IMG/VR virus record: IMGVR_UViG_3300025655_000026
Coordinates: 13,517 to 77,516 of that record
Strand: one strand, 5' to 3'
Origin: a virus
Length of the DNA: 64,000 nt
In this document: positions 20,001 to 29,865 of the stretch, piece after piece
How positions within the stretch are numbered: the first letter of the stretch is position 1
How the letters are laid out: each line of letters begins with the position of its first letter
Program-made: the position numbers and the translations under genes
The notes under the pieces: model-generated
What the model was told of the DNA's origin: nothing
The model's input: the letters and a program-made list of their open reading frames with translations, nothing else
The model's database searches: none

Positions 20001-23000
20001 GATTATAGAGGAATAGGTAGTCCTTTTGGATATAATATAGCGACTTCTTTGATTCATCAAAATGAATATAATAACCTACCACTTAGAAATTCTGGAGGAG
20101 ATGGAGGACTAATATTTTATAATAGTAAATTTACAGATATAGACCAATCGGCCAGTAGACTATTCATGTATGTAGTTGGAGATTTACTGCCTTATTCTTC
20201 TTTAAGAAAAGATAGTTTAATGTCGGGCAATAAAACAATAAATAACTACGATTTGTTTTTATTAGAAAATAAAAAAGCAACAGACTCTTCAATTGAAGGA
20301 GGAAATAGATTACTTTTGAAAGATAGTAATTTTCAATCAATTTCTTTCAATACTGATACTGATATATCTACATTGAAAAGATTTGGATTAATGCGACTTA
20401 CAGAAATTTGCTTTGATTCACTTTATAATCAAGTAAATCCTGAAAAACCAATATTGAAAAAATATGGAACAAATTATTCCTCTTATATTACCTCTTCTTC
20501 TATTACAGATTTAGGAGGAATAGTTTCTATTAGTGGAACGAGCATTGTATTTAGTGGAACTGTTTCTTTAGTTAATGGAGATAAGATTTGTGATGAATAT
20601 GGTAATTTTATAGGAACGATTGATAGCGGTTCGGGAACAACATATACTCTTCAAGCAGATGGATATTTGACGAATGGCGGATTAGCGGCTTTAAATGCTA
20701 TTAAAGTAGAAGCACACGGATATACACATCAAATATATGGAAGAAATGAAGTGGATTCTTTATTTGAATTAGATTGGGGGAATATTCATCCATTAAAGGG
20801 TGCGGTTGTTCCCGAAGATTCGGCTTTGGGGGGAGACACTTCCGATGAAATATATATTGCTAATGGTGGCACAGTTTCGCAAACAGACCAAGAAATTTAT
20901 TTGTCCTTTGCATTAGAAGCCAGTAGTTCACCAATTAGTTCTTATTCTATAATCGGTGGCGGAAATAATGCTGATTTAAAAGTTATTTTGGACTATTGTA
21001 AAAACCAACAATCGCATGAAGGACTCATAGGAGTGGCATTAGATAGATATGATATTGAAAATGGTGGTAAGCATCCATTGGTTGAAGGAAATACAACTCA
21101 GGTATTAAAGGACTCAAAAGCCAATAGTGTTGGAAATGTGGAATTACCAGTATTAACCTCCGACTATCATTTCAAAGAATATAAAGTTCCTATTTCTGCT
21201 TCAACTAGTTCTCCAAGTAATACTAGCGATGATTCTAAAAGCGCAGATGGAGCATATATGGTGTTTAAGCCTAGATTATGGATTGGAACTGCTTCAAATG
21301 CAACAATAAAATCATCAAATGATAATTTAAATAAAAGCACTATTAATATTAATCCTAGCGGTGGATATAGTAATGGATTTTTACAATTTATTGATTTGAC
21401 TGGTTGCTATTTGATTCCCGAAGATGGAACTAATATTGATGGTAGCGCAAAAACAGGCGGAACTCAATATCAAAGAATTTCTATGACAGATGTAATCCCT
21501 AGTGATTTAATTTATATTTATTCACATGAAGTTAGTGATTCCGATGTGCATGACCACCATCTTATTACTGATGTGGGTTTAACTAATAATACTGCATATA
21601 GAATTCTACAACCAAATGAGGTTTGTTTTTACGACTTTATGCCTAAAGACATTTACATCAATATGCTACGACCTTCTTATACAAAAAAGGCTAATAGAAA
21701 TGAAACTTATAATATCAATAAAGGCTATTTTTATAGAGATGGAACTGATAATGGAAATGAATTGACTTTAGACGAAGGAGTTCTTTCTATGTTCGTGCCA
21801 ATTGATACTGATAATATTAATGGAGAAAGCAGAATGGTTGTTATCAATACTGATGAGTTTCATGACAATATTTTACCCGAAGGAGAACATGGATTGTATT
21901 TTAGTGATGGAGATAATTCTAGCAAAGTAACATTATCAGTTAAAAAACATGATACTAATAACCATTCAGTTGTTTTTTCAAAATTATTAAATTTAAATGG
22001 TATAGTTTCTGTTTCCGAACCATTTACTGTAACTTCTAATTCCGAATTAAAGATTAATCCATCAAGAGCATGTATTGGAACAACCGCTACTGTTTGTTTA
22101 GAAGCAGAAGATTTAATCAACGAATTATTTGAACAAAATGGAATTGATTTCTCAATTCCAGAGAATACTGATTACCCTCTTTATTTAGCACCTAATTTCA
22201 AAGGCGTAGATTTGTATGCGGCAATTCGCTATATTATGGAAAGGAAGGATATGGTTTTGAGAGAAGAAAATGGAACTTTTTCTATTACTCAAGATAATGA
22301 TTCTACTCATTATAGTAATATTATTCTTAATGATACTGATAAATTCAAAATATATGAATTTGAAAAGGCCACGACTTTATTTGACTTCTACAATGACATT
22401 ATTGTTTATGGTAATACTCACAAAGCAGAACGCAAAGATTTGAGAAGTGTTCAAAAGCGAGGAAGAAAAACATTAGAACATCACGATAAAACTTTACTAA
22501 CTCAAGACGAAGTAGATAGAAAAGCCATTGAATTACTTCGCCTACATACTACCTTTAATCAAAAATTAATTATGACTGTTAGCCACGAAGGACTTTCTCA
22601 ATTAAGGGCTGGAGATATTATCAATGTTGAAATTAAACAAGAAAACATTGAGTTAGGGCAATACATGGTTCTTCAAATAGAGCATGAATTAACAGGTCTT
22701 ATGAAATTAGAATTAGGTAGATATTCAAAACAATTATCGGATTTGTTCTCGGAATTACTTGTCACTCAAAAGCAAATCAATTCCAATTTGAGAAATGAAA
22801 CCTTCAATGAAAAGAGCGTAACATACAACTTTTTAGATACCATCAATATCAAAGAACTACGCCTGTTGATTCGTAAGCGACAAGCAATTGGTGGTTTTAC
22901 TCTAGGCTTTAGTGAAACGCTAAATACAGGTGATAACCCATTAGGATTTGATGGGGGAACAATCACCATCACGGATTTGTATGAGGAGGATTTGGCTTGA
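17016..23000 (+). CDS. large tail tip/hub (central tail fibre) protein
   Basis: 1994 aa; 'RFNGEI...IKGRD' and C-terminal 'YNDIIVYG...LRAGDII.V...YMVLQIEH' hub motifs. Confidence 0.7.
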   Translation: MTLSVTPSRYEAPTNPQFYSTSVTDGNRIYTAVVPNGDVSFTVEGFGGSVTEYSNLTNTKGFRIKCYDALTGEGIQFNPSTIDFETYDYFVLVYSDDDYQHHFARIKEIITEDEEGDAFEFEPKLGNEIPKNTKFIIFKGPSKATDVVAISLGILQDSTRAHLRYRMSCSRPLFYFYDGLDKEGELNHNTKYYVMREDGTANSYTLDNTKDVDTFRTVQDFGQTIVDYSKYSLRVTLTDTLRTIDVESGGNITLNEGGTMVADRTDYNQFLPNARRDSDDDITTRVYTGEQRYLHYDYSPLRANFTYGVYTHQTYDSVNGRGGFSETKIVDTSRILQKKITEFTDYKVRHIVHRANIDDWFALEATFSSDAGSHVFTFDTTFDLDGFINVGDELKIDSRIYIVQTIGSFSGFSQTITMRNRSRLETESILTSGYYTPTSEAIVYRRCYNFTDKTLMVDFDLIDNRYSKLSVSFSSLNMTELFATVSAVDAKRKMITLAFDGDSYYDDPLRYALGQFLIHVERFNGEIENISSKKENGQTVFEIKGRDKFNKLISPIVNLNSLFSEDIVYSSNSPYNKLGNIKSSSTYSIALGATTLATGASGSNFDILPAVGDNLFTANGYIGKVTAVSADPIILTFTPAITEANSEAIYVETEKNYVFTKALGSSSLANATTTSLTGSANKGVFFTAGNEISSVDGSEGNSLTGSSSNTHPKAIGYSITHPNSISEDFSFQAKLTDEFGGSADSDFDTVNALIDFEIVSISQKNNVNVIELAPYVPVTLGRKVEYYDYTDEQTFTSHGTISYIGGSPPCLLHLTNSSAYTLKVGEALYVGSSKTFIGKILSIHSFTTSSVIVKIFLDRTIYNYGIGDEIFSSNKVITDLAVINGAHLWGGKILIHPHLNYTSDGLVPFNVENTVGSGDYNSKYGQMYYKPVSSSFGKFNLNLPIVKASNKQITKFYINNSALNYLYQSYQFKPNLSSNIISFGQTDSSYRTLPLDYRGIGSPFGYNIATSLIHQNEYNNLPLRNSGGDGGLIFYNSKFTDIDQSASRLFMYVVGDLLPYSSLRKDSLMSGNKTINNYDLFLLENKKATDSSIEGGNRLLLKDSNFQSISFNTDTDISTLKRFGLMRLTEICFDSLYNQVNPEKPILKKYGTNYSSYITSSSITDLGGIVSISGTSIVFSGTVSLVNGDKICDEYGNFIGTIDSGSGTTYTLQADGYLTNGGLAALNAIKVEAHGYTHQIYGRNEVDSLFELDWGNIHPLKGAVVPEDSALGGDTSDEIYIANGGTVSQTDQEIYLSFALEASSSPISSYSIIGGGNNADLKVILDYCKNQQSHEGLIGVALDRYDIENGGKHPLVEGNTTQVLKDSKANSVGNVELPVLTSDYHFKEYKVPISASTSSPSNTSDDSKSADGAYMVFKPRLWIGTASNATIKSSNDNLNKSTININPSGGYSNGFLQFIDLTGCYLIPEDGTNIDGSAKTGGTQYQRISMTDVIPSDLIYIYSHEVSDSDVHDHHLITDVGLTNNTAYRILQPNEVCFYDFMPKDIYINMLRPSYTKKANRNETYNINKGYFYRDGTDNGNELTLDEGVLSMFVPIDTDNINGESRMVVINTDEFHDNILPEGEHGLYFSDGDNSSKVTLSVKKHDTNNHSVVFSKLLNLNGIVSVSEPFTVTSNSELKINPSRACIGTTATVCLEAEDLINELFEQNGIDFSIPENTDYPLYLAPNFKGVDLYAAIRYIMERKDMVLREENGTFSITQDNDSTHYSNIILNDTDKFKIYEFEKATTLFDFYNDIIVYGNTHKAERKDLRSVQKRGRKTLEHHDKTLLTQDEVDRKAIELLRLHTTFNQKLIMTVSHEGLSQLRAGDIINVEIKQENIELGQYMVLQIEHELTGLMKLELGRYSKQLSDLFSELLVTQKQINSNLRNETFNEKSVTYNFLDTINIKELRLLIRKRQAIGGFTLGFSETLNTGDNPLGFDGGTITITDLYEEDLA

Positions 23001-23350
23001 TTACTGATGAATTAAAAGAGGCAATAGCGACTTATTTAGCAACTGCCGCTAGTCCGTATATTGATAGTGCTAAAATTGGTTTGGGTGGCAATTCCACAAA
23101 CCCTACTTCTACTGATTTAGATGTAGAGATTGCTGGAGTAAGCCCTTCCATCATTCGTTCAAAATCAGACATAAATGTAATTGAAGTAAAATTATCTGTT
23201 AGTGGAACATATATTCAAGGAAAGGTTATTCGGGAAGCGGGGCTTTTTAATTCAACAGGCAATATGCTTCAAAGAGTAAACTTTGATGGAGTCGGCCCAT
23301 TTTCCACAGATGAAACACTAGAGATTTTTATTATCATGGAGGTAGAATGA
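22997..23350 (+). CDS. baseplate/tail-fibre attachment protein
   Basis: 'KIGLGG.ST.P..TDL', 'IREAGLFNSTG'. Confidence 0.6.
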   Translation: MITDELKEAIATYLATAASPYIDSAKIGLGGNSTNPTSTDLDVEIAGVSPSIIRSKSDINVIEVKLSVSGTYIQGKVIREAGLFNSTGNMLQRVNFDGVGPFSTDETLEIFIIMEVE

Positions 23351-23351
23351 T

Positions 23352-25439
23352 ATGGTAACAAACCCAAATTTTTTCGGACAAAGCACAACTGGAACGCCTA
23401 ATCAAATTGAAGATGGAGTAGATTTCCCTCATACTGGTTTAATCAAAACATTGGCTTTGGGAATGAAAGGCAATTATGTCATTAATGGATTTGATATTAC
23501 TCCTTCATCGGAAACTGCGGGAACAGTTTCAACTGGAACTATTATGAGAGATGGCCAAGTAATTAGCATTAGTGGTGGCTCTCCTCCATATGCAATTACA
23601 TTAGATACTACATATACAAATGGCTATCATTTATTAGTTGTTGATTCTTCAAATACAGTTGTTGTAAGAAATCCTAATTCACCTACAATTGGTGCTGATA
23701 AAGTTCCAGCATATAATGATGGAGATGTAATTATTGCAGTTTTAACTCATACTGGCGTTAATCCATTTGATATTCAATATCTTACTGTTAGTAAAACCAA
23801 AAACAGTTTAAGCATTGGAGAAGGAAGTGGAACATATAGCGAAGAAATGTCTATTACGAGCGATGGAACTGATGTTACTTTTACAGGTTCTACAAATACA
23901 AATATGGACTTTACACCTTCGGGAAGTGGGAAAGTAAGAATTACGACTGGAGATTTAGAGGTTCAAAATGGAAACTTTGAAGTTCCTAATGGTTATGCTG
24001 AAATTACAGTTGTTGAAAGCATTACTGATGGAGGAGGCGCAGGATTAAGTGCTGGTGCGCCAGTTTATCCAACCAATTACTCTTCGGGAAAAATTACAGT
24101 TCAATTGGCTGATGCTACAATTTCAGCAAGTAAATATCCTGCTATTGGATTAGTCTATGATACCATTACTGCTGGTGGGAATGGTAAAGTGGTTGTTCAA
24201 GGATTAACAGGAGATATTTCTGCAACTTTGTTTGATGCAGGTTCTTATTCCGAAGGTGACATTATCTATCTTTCACCGAATATTGGAAAACTGACTAATA
24301 CTCGCCCAACGGCTGATGCAGACGCAATTCAAAACATTGGAAGAATTGTTCATCTTTCTACATTTACTGCTGGTTCTTCGGGAACGGCTAAGATTCTCGT
24401 TCAAGGTTCGGGTCGTTCAAACGATGTAACGAATGATGGTTTCATTACTACAAATGCTTCTTCTATTCCTTCCGCTAGACAAATTACTGCTGGAACTGAT
24501 ATTAGTTTCACAGATGCAGGGGCAGGTTCAACTTTAACTATTGATAATACTTCTACATTAGATTCTGTTACTACAAGAGGGGCAACTACTGGAAATGAAA
24601 TTAGTGTTGGCACTACCACGATTACAGGGGCTTTTTTACCACAAAAAATAGGAACTTTAGATGCTGATGCAACAGTTATTGTTAATTATGCAGATGCTAG
24701 TCAAAATGCTACTGCAAATAGATTTACTTTGCCATCAGCCGCAATTAACGATGGAAAAATACTTTTCATTAAAAATTTAAATGCGACTACAATCATGGAA
24801 ATTTTTACTTCCGATGTTTTTGAAAATGGTGGAGTAAGCACAGATTCAAGATATGTTAGTCCAACTACATTAAATCTAAAACCATATCAAAGTATTATAC
24901 TACAAGCCCTTACTGATTCTACAATCATCCCTTTAAGCCCAACTCCTACAACTTTAGCATCGGGATGGTATATTCTTGATAGCGATGAAACAGGAAGTGG
25001 AGGTATTGCTAATGTTGTTGATGATACTTCCCCACAATTAGGTGGAAACTTGGATTTAAATTCACAAGACATTACAGGAACAGGTGATATAAACATTACA
25101 GGAACAATTACTGCTTCTTCTACTATTACTACTACTTCTACTATTAGTGCCGCAACACTTACTGCTACTAAATTAGATACTGATACTAAATCAATATCAT
25201 CAATACTAACTTCTGCTGATGCTGGTAAATATCTTTTTGTTGATGCAAGTGTAACAATTACTTTACCCTCCACTCATTCCGCAGGTGAACAATATACTAT
25301 TTTAGCGAAAGGCGTTAATGTAACTTTAGATGGTAATGGAAACAATATGAACGGTTCAACATCAACAATTACAATTACTGCATATAATGGTGTAACTTGT
25401 ATTTCCGATGGAACAAACTGGATTGTATTAGGTGCGTGA
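23352..25439 (+). CDS. tail fibre protein
   Basis: T/S/G-rich; 'DTSPQLGGNLDLN', 'TITLP...SDGTNW' fibre motifs. Confidence 0.75.
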   Translation: MVTNPNFFGQSTTGTPNQIEDGVDFPHTGLIKTLALGMKGNYVINGFDITPSSETAGTVSTGTIMRDGQVISISGGSPPYAITLDTTYTNGYHLLVVDSSNTVVVRNPNSPTIGADKVPAYNDGDVIIAVLTHTGVNPFDIQYLTVSKTKNSLSIGEGSGTYSEEMSITSDGTDVTFTGSTNTNMDFTPSGSGKVRITTGDLEVQNGNFEVPNGYAEITVVESITDGGGAGLSAGAPVYPTNYSSGKITVQLADATISASKYPAIGLVYDTITAGGNGKVVVQGLTGDISATLFDAGSYSEGDIIYLSPNIGKLTNTRPTADADAIQNIGRIVHLSTFTAGSSGTAKILVQGSGRSNDVTNDGFITTNASSIPSARQITAGTDISFTDAGAGSTLTIDNTSTLDSVTTRGATTGNEISVGTTTITGAFLPQKIGTLDADATVIVNYADASQNATANRFTLPSAAINDGKILFIKNLNATTIMEIFTSDVFENGGVSTDSRYVSPTTLNLKPYQSIILQALTDSTIIPLSPTPTTLASGWYILDSDETGSGGIANVVDDTSPQLGGNLDLNSQDITGTGDINITGTITASSTITTTSTISAATLTATKLDTDTKSISSILTSADAGKYLFVDASVTITLPSTHSAGEQYTILAKGVNVTLDGNGNNMNGSTSTITITAYNGVTCISDGTNWIVLGA

Positions 25440-26337
25440 TATTTTGTATTGTTCTATTGCTGGCTCAAATGCCGAAACAAAAGCGAATGCTTTTACTTTA
25501 TCCGAATTAACATTACATTCGGAAACAACAGTATCAGTATCAAGCGTAGTTACAGAATTAGATGTAAGTCCAACAGATATTGTTTTGGCTTTAGAGCAAT
25601 CAACAGATACTATGGCGGCATATACCTTTACAGGAACATTACCTTCTTTTACTTCTACTTCTGCTACATTATCAGTAAGTGGAAATAACCCAAGAGGTTC
25701 TTGTTTTAATAGTGATGGAACAAAATTTTATGTTACTGGAACAGATGCTTATATTCGTGGATATGATATACCCCTTCCTACACCACCTACACCTAATGTC
25801 AATGCTTATAATATTAGTTTGGCTAGTATATCAAGTTCTAAAAGCGGAATTGGATATGGCGGTCAAGGTTTGTTCTTAAAACCCGATGGAACAATTTTGT
25901 ATGTTGTTGAATCTGCTAATGTTAGAACTTTAACTTTAACTACGCCTTATGATGTTAGTTCTTACTCTTCCTCTACAACAAGTATTTCTTCAGTTGTAGA
26001 TAGTGATGGTGACACAATATCGGGATTAACTGGAATTAGATTCAATAATGATGGAACTAAATTTTTTGTATGTTATCGGAAATCTCAAGGAACATATGTT
26101 ACAACTGCGAATCGTGCTAAGATAGCAGAATTCTCTCTATCAACTCCCTATGATGTTAGTAGTTATACTTTCGTATCAAGTATGGATTTTGGACTAAACA
26201 TCGGAATACAGGTCGCCCCCGACACTACTACGCTTCCTGCTGGTTTCGCATGGAATGCTAACGGAACTGCCCTTTTTGTAGCGGGTGTTCATCAAGATAC
26301 AACACAAAGCGCAGTTAAAGTTCTAATGTATTCGTAA
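25432..26337 (+). CDS. beta-propeller receptor-binding/tail-associated protein
   Basis: Repeats 'FNSDGTKFYV', 'LKPDGTILYV', 'FNNDGTKFFV', 'WNANGTALFV' and 'TPYDVSS' twice. Confidence 0.7.
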   Translation: MRDILYCSIAGSNAETKANAFTLSELTLHSETTVSVSSVVTELDVSPTDIVLALEQSTDTMAAYTFTGTLPSFTSTSATLSVSGNNPRGSCFNSDGTKFYVTGTDAYIRGYDIPLPTPPTPNVNAYNISLASISSSKSGIGYGGQGLFLKPDGTILYVVESANVRTLTLTTPYDVSSYSSSTTSISSVVDSDGDTISGLTGIRFNNDGTKFFVCYRKSQGTYVTTANRAKIAEFSLSTPYDVSSYTFVSSMDFGLNIGIQVAPDTTTLPAGFAWNANGTALFVAGVHQDTTQSAVKVLMYS

Positions 26338-26359
26338 AGTTTATTTTATACACTTACTT

Positions 26360-27205
26360 GTGCCGATTGTGAGAGTTTCCATCTATGAAGTAAGTCCGAG
26401 AGATGGCCTCCAATCTCTACCACATTTTATCCCTACTGAACTCAAAAAGGAATTTATTTCTTCTTTGTATGAGGCTGGATTCAAAGATGTAGAAGAAACG
26501 AGCATGGCTCATCCTAAATTAGTTCCGCAAATGGCTGATGCTCAAGAAGTATTCCAACGAGGCGCAGTCTTAGTGATGAACCGTAAAGGATATGAAAGAG
26601 CAATAGAAATGGGTGCTAAGAAAATAAACTTAGTATTTTCTCCATGTGAAACTTTCAATATGAAAAACATGGGTAAAACCCGTAGTGAAATAATCTTAAT
26701 GTATAAAACATTTTTAAATGTGCCAAAGAAAGATGTTAGAGTTTATATCTCAATGGCTTTCGGTTCTCCTTATTCTGGTAAATTTGACAAAAAATTAATT
26801 AGAAATTGTATTAGAGATGCTAAGATGTTTGGAAATACAGTTGTATTTGCTGATACTGTTGGTTGTGGAACTCCTAAACAAGTTAAGATATTTGCACAAA
26901 TAGCAAAAGAAGAAAATATGCGGTGCGCTTTACATTTACATCATAAAGGAGATGAAGATAAAGCAATTGAATTAGTAAAGGCTGGACTATTTGCTGGAAT
27001 AAAACAATTTGATTCTAGTTTGGGTGGATTAGGAGGTTGCCCTTTTACTGAAAATAGCGGGGCTAATATTTCTACTGAAACGCTAGTTAAACATTTAAAT
27101 TCTTGGGGATTCAGTTGTGGGATAAGTCCTAGCGATTTAGTTACACCAAAAAGATTAGTTTCTAAGATATTAGAGATACAAAGCCAACCGCTTTTAGTCT
27201 TATGA
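26360..27205 (+). CDS. hydroxymethylglutaryl-CoA lyase (DRE-TIM family), auxiliary metabolic gene
   Basis: 'EVSPRDGLQ', 'PKLVPQMAD', 'ADTVG', 'HLH', 'GLGGCPF...GANISTE'. Confidence 0.85.
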   Translation: MPIVRVSIYEVSPRDGLQSLPHFIPTELKKEFISSLYEAGFKDVEETSMAHPKLVPQMADAQEVFQRGAVLVMNRKGYERAIEMGAKKINLVFSPCETFNMKNMGKTRSEIILMYKTFLNVPKKDVRVYISMAFGSPYSGKFDKKLIRNCIRDAKMFGNTVVFADTVGCGTPKQVKIFAQIAKEENMRCALHLHHKGDEDKAIELVKAGLFAGIKQFDSSLGGLGGCPFTENSGANISTETLVKHLNSWGFSCGISPSDLVTPKRLVSKILEIQSQPLLVL

Positions 27206-27238
27206 AATTTTGACCTAAAAAAAATCCAAAAAAAATTA

Positions 27239-27272
27239 GGGGGGAGAATCCTAAGACTCTCCCCCCGTTTTT
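27239..27272. terminator. hairpin at the convergence of the + and - gene blocks, probably a bidirectional terminator
   Basis: GGGGGGAGA...TCTCCCCCC stem with an A-run upstream and a T-run downstream. Confidence 0.65.
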
Positions 27273-27421
27273 CTAACGAAGTTAGTTTTACTAGACCAAA
27301 TGCCACCGCATTCTCTACACTCCCAAAGTTTAACTTGGTCACTAGAACCAACATAAAATCCTTGTAGACGCTTTGCCAAACTTGGCTTTTTACAATAAGC
27401 GCAAATCTGTTTCAATGTCAT
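27251..27421 (-). CDS. 56-aa Zn-ribbon protein (TFIIS-like spacing), not in the ORF track
   Basis: MTLKQICAYC-x24-CRECGGIW. Confidence 0.55.
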   Translation of the reverse strand: MTLKQICAYCKKPSLAKRLQGFYVGSSDQVKLWECRECGGIWSSKTNFVRKTGGES

Positions 27422-27570
27422 TTACGCCTAACCTCTTCTTTACCAATAAGGCGATTCATGTATTCTTCAACGGATTCCTCCGTGATATTAGAACCACCGA
27501 ATGCGGCAAAAAAGAGAAGCATAAGTGTAATAAGAAACAGAAGTAGCCAAAACCATTCCCAACCTGTCAT
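27418..27570 (-). CDS. 50-aa membrane peptide, not in the ORF track
   Basis: MTGWEWFWLLLFLITLMLLFFAAFGG..., coupled to both neighbours. Confidence 0.55.
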   Translation of the reverse strand: MTGWEWFWLLLFLITLMLLFFAAFGGSNITEESVEEYMNRLIGKEEVRRK

Positions 27571-28163
27571 CACCAATCAACCTCCAAATCCACAAACTTT
27601 TCACCATTAATAGAAAACGCTTTTACAATTCCGTTTTCTTTTCCATAATTCCACAAATCATAAACTAATTGTGTATCTTTCATACAATACTCAACTACTT
27701 CATCATATTGACCCATTTTCCATAACTTAGGTGCATCAGCACTATCCATTAATTTAAAATCATTCATTGTGCATTTTACCAAATTCTTTAATTGAAATCT
27801 TTCTCCATGATTCTTTAAAAGAATCTTAGAAGTGTCAATATATTGTTCTTCTTTCAAGAATTTATTAATACAGAAAATATCCATTGAATCTCTTAGAACA
27901 GGCAAATCAAAGGCCGCTAAATTATGACCTAATAATAAGCCACCTTTTTCAAAATGGTCATCTAAATCATATTTTAATTCACTAAGAGATTTAATGACAT
28001 GCCCCGACTTTGCGAAATTACTTACAGGTTCATCAACATAAACAGTTCCAGTATTTCCATCCCAAGTCGCTACGGTTGAAACTTGAAACATATGGGTATT
28101 TGAAAAACCGCCTATGTCATGCGACATATTTTTTGTTTCAATGTCTAAGGCTAGAACAGACAT
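27570..28163 (-). CDS. DEDD/RNase H-fold 3'-5' exonuclease
   Basis: 'LDIET', 'GHNLAAFD', 'YC.KD' ExoI/II/III motifs. Confidence 0.8.
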   Translation of the reverse strand: MSVLALDIETKNMSHDIGGFSNTHMFQVSTVATWDGNTGTVYVDEPVSNFAKSGHVIKSLSELKYDLDDHFEKGGLLLGHNLAAFDLPVLRDSMDIFCINKFLKEEQYIDTSKILLKNHGERFQLKNLVKCTMNDFKLMDSADAPKLWKMGQYDEVVEYCMKDTQLVYDLWNYGKENGIVKAFSINGEKFVDLEVDW

Positions 28164-28168
28164 GGTGG

Positions 28169-28393
28169 TTATTCACCCGACCATAGTTTAGAAACTTTTT
28201 CCTGTTCTTTGTCTACCTTCGGCTTTTCTTCTGTGACAATTGCTCTCTTAAGGAACACTACAATGTTTGACCCTGCTACTGTTACCATAGAAGAACATTC
28301 CCATCCATCCTCTCCATAAGTGTTTAGCGTTTCAATAATTACTTTTGGCCCTTTCGTTACATCAAATACTAAATATGTGTTTTCCCACTTCAT
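28169..28393 (-). CDS. DUF4177-like small protein
   Basis: 'MKWE...LNTYGEDGWE...FLKR'. Confidence 0.6.
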   Translation of the reverse strand: MKWENTYLVFDVTKGPKVIIETLNTYGEDGWECSSMVTVAGSNIVVFLKRAIVTEEKPKVDKEQEKVSKLWSGE

Positions 28394-29865
28394 TCTATAT
28401 CCTCTCCAATCAATCGTATGTATCTATACTTTCCATGTGTCTTTTCATCAAACTTATGTTCAATTTCTTTAAAATGCCTGTAAATCTGTGCTTTTGATTT
28501 TCCTGTTTTCTCAATCATTTCTTCTAGGAATTTGCTTTTATGAGTATATCCCTCTTCATCTTTTTCTGTTTCATCGTAAATTGTCATGAATTGAGGCTCA
28601 AGTGATTTTTCAGCGATGCTCGCCTTACGAACCTTTAGGCTCTGTTCAAGCCAAGAAACCAGACTGATATAACACTTCCTCATAATAATGGCCGCTTCTC
28701 GCACATGCTGGCCAGTTACTAAGAAGCGGGAGTCTTTATCTTTAATGTTGAGACTGCGAGCAATACAAACTAATACGCTCATCTTTGTCAAATTGACCAT
28801 CAATCGTGTAGTAAAGTTGGAAGCCAACTCAGCAACTTCTTTGCGACTCTTTGTTAGTTCGGCTCTCATATTCTTATATTCAAGAATCAAGTTAGCATTG
28901 AATCCGTCAGCAAAACGAATCGTCTTAGTAGCATCTCCACCCATTTCTTCATGATGTGTCTTTAACATAGTATAGATTTCTATGAGAGCATTGACATACT
29001 TATCAATGGGTTGATTAACTTCTTCAATCGTTCCAACCTTTGCTAATTGCTCAAGTCTCATTTGATGTTGAATGTGGTCGGGAACATCAACAACATACAT
29101 AACCATCCTTTGAAGCACACCCTTTTCAGCAATCACATTGTTAAGATTGGGTGGAGGATAAGTCATAGCCAATACTGAACGCTCGGAATAGCAGTTTAGG
29201 ATTTGTCCTCCAAAACTTTGTAGGGCTTTTGAAATAACCCAAGATTCGCCAGCGAGAGTATTCATTAGTGTGTTTAGATAAACAATTGAGTTCTCTTTGT
29301 GTTGGCTTTGCTTAAAGATACCCGAATATTCAAATTCATCCCAATGGGCTAAACCACTTCCTTCAAGGAGTCCAGCAACTCTTTCATATGACTTTTCTCC
29401 TTCTTCATCAATTTCTTGATTGTAAGTTCCTAAAAGAACAGAATCAGTATAATCAGTAACTCCAAAAATATCAAATCTTCTTGGCATAATAAGTCCATCA
29501 ATAGGAGATACCAAATGAGGATGATTGTTTGTGGCATTTATTCTTTCAAAAGTTCTAGACGCAACTGGCCCTACAAAGTTCCAAAGCGTAGATTTTCCTG
29601 TTCCCGAAGTTTGAATCCAACAAAAGTGTATTCGGGAATCTTCACGGTTTCTTCCAGTTGGAATAGTCACAAAGTCTTTACAGACTTGTCCTAAAATTGT
29701 AAAGAAAGACATTGCGGCAGGTATTTCATTATAGTGAGATACCTTAGCGGCATCTGCTTGAAACTCCGCTACAATTTTTGGTAGGTCTTCGGTTAAGGGT
29801 TTAGCAGTTTCTTCAACTACTTCCCAATCTTCTTCGTTTATTTCATATTCGCTATATTTACTCAT
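28390..29865 (-). CDS. MCM-like AAA+ replicative helicase
   Basis: Walker A SGTGKST, Walker B 'HWDEFE', 'LQR' and 'TTRL' motifs, C-terminal winged-helix-like region. Confidence 0.65.
   Translation of the reverse strand: MSKYSEYEINEEDWEVVEETAKPLTEDLPKIVAEFQADAAKVSHYNEIPAAMSFFTILGQVCKDFVTIPTGRNREDSRIHFCWIQTSGTGKSTLWNFVGPVASRTFERINATNNHPHLVSPIDGLIMPRRFDIFGVTDYTDSVLLGTYNQEIDEEGEKSYERVAGLLEGSGLAHWDEFEYSGIFKQSQHKENSIVYLNTLMNTLAGESWVISKALQSFGGQILNCYSERSVLAMTYPPPNLNNVIAEKGVLQRMVMYVVDVPDHIQHQMRLEQLAKVGTIEEVNQPIDKYVNALIEIYTMLKTHHEEMGGDATKTIRFADGFNANLILEYKNMRAELTKSRKEVAELASNFTTRLMVNLTKMSVLVCIARSLNIKDKDSRFLVTGQHVREAAIIMRKCYISLVSWLEQSLKVRKASIAEKSLEPQFMTIYDETEKDEEGYTHKSKFLEEMIEKTGKSKAQIYRHFKEIEHKFDEKTHGKYRYIRLIGEDIE

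Noticed and set aside
763-25273. Antisense and alternate-frame ORFs in the structural region (e.g. 763..1200, 7597..8016, 14384..14848, 24887..25273)
   Set aside because: They are shadows of long motif-bearing + strand genes and show no recognisable domains.
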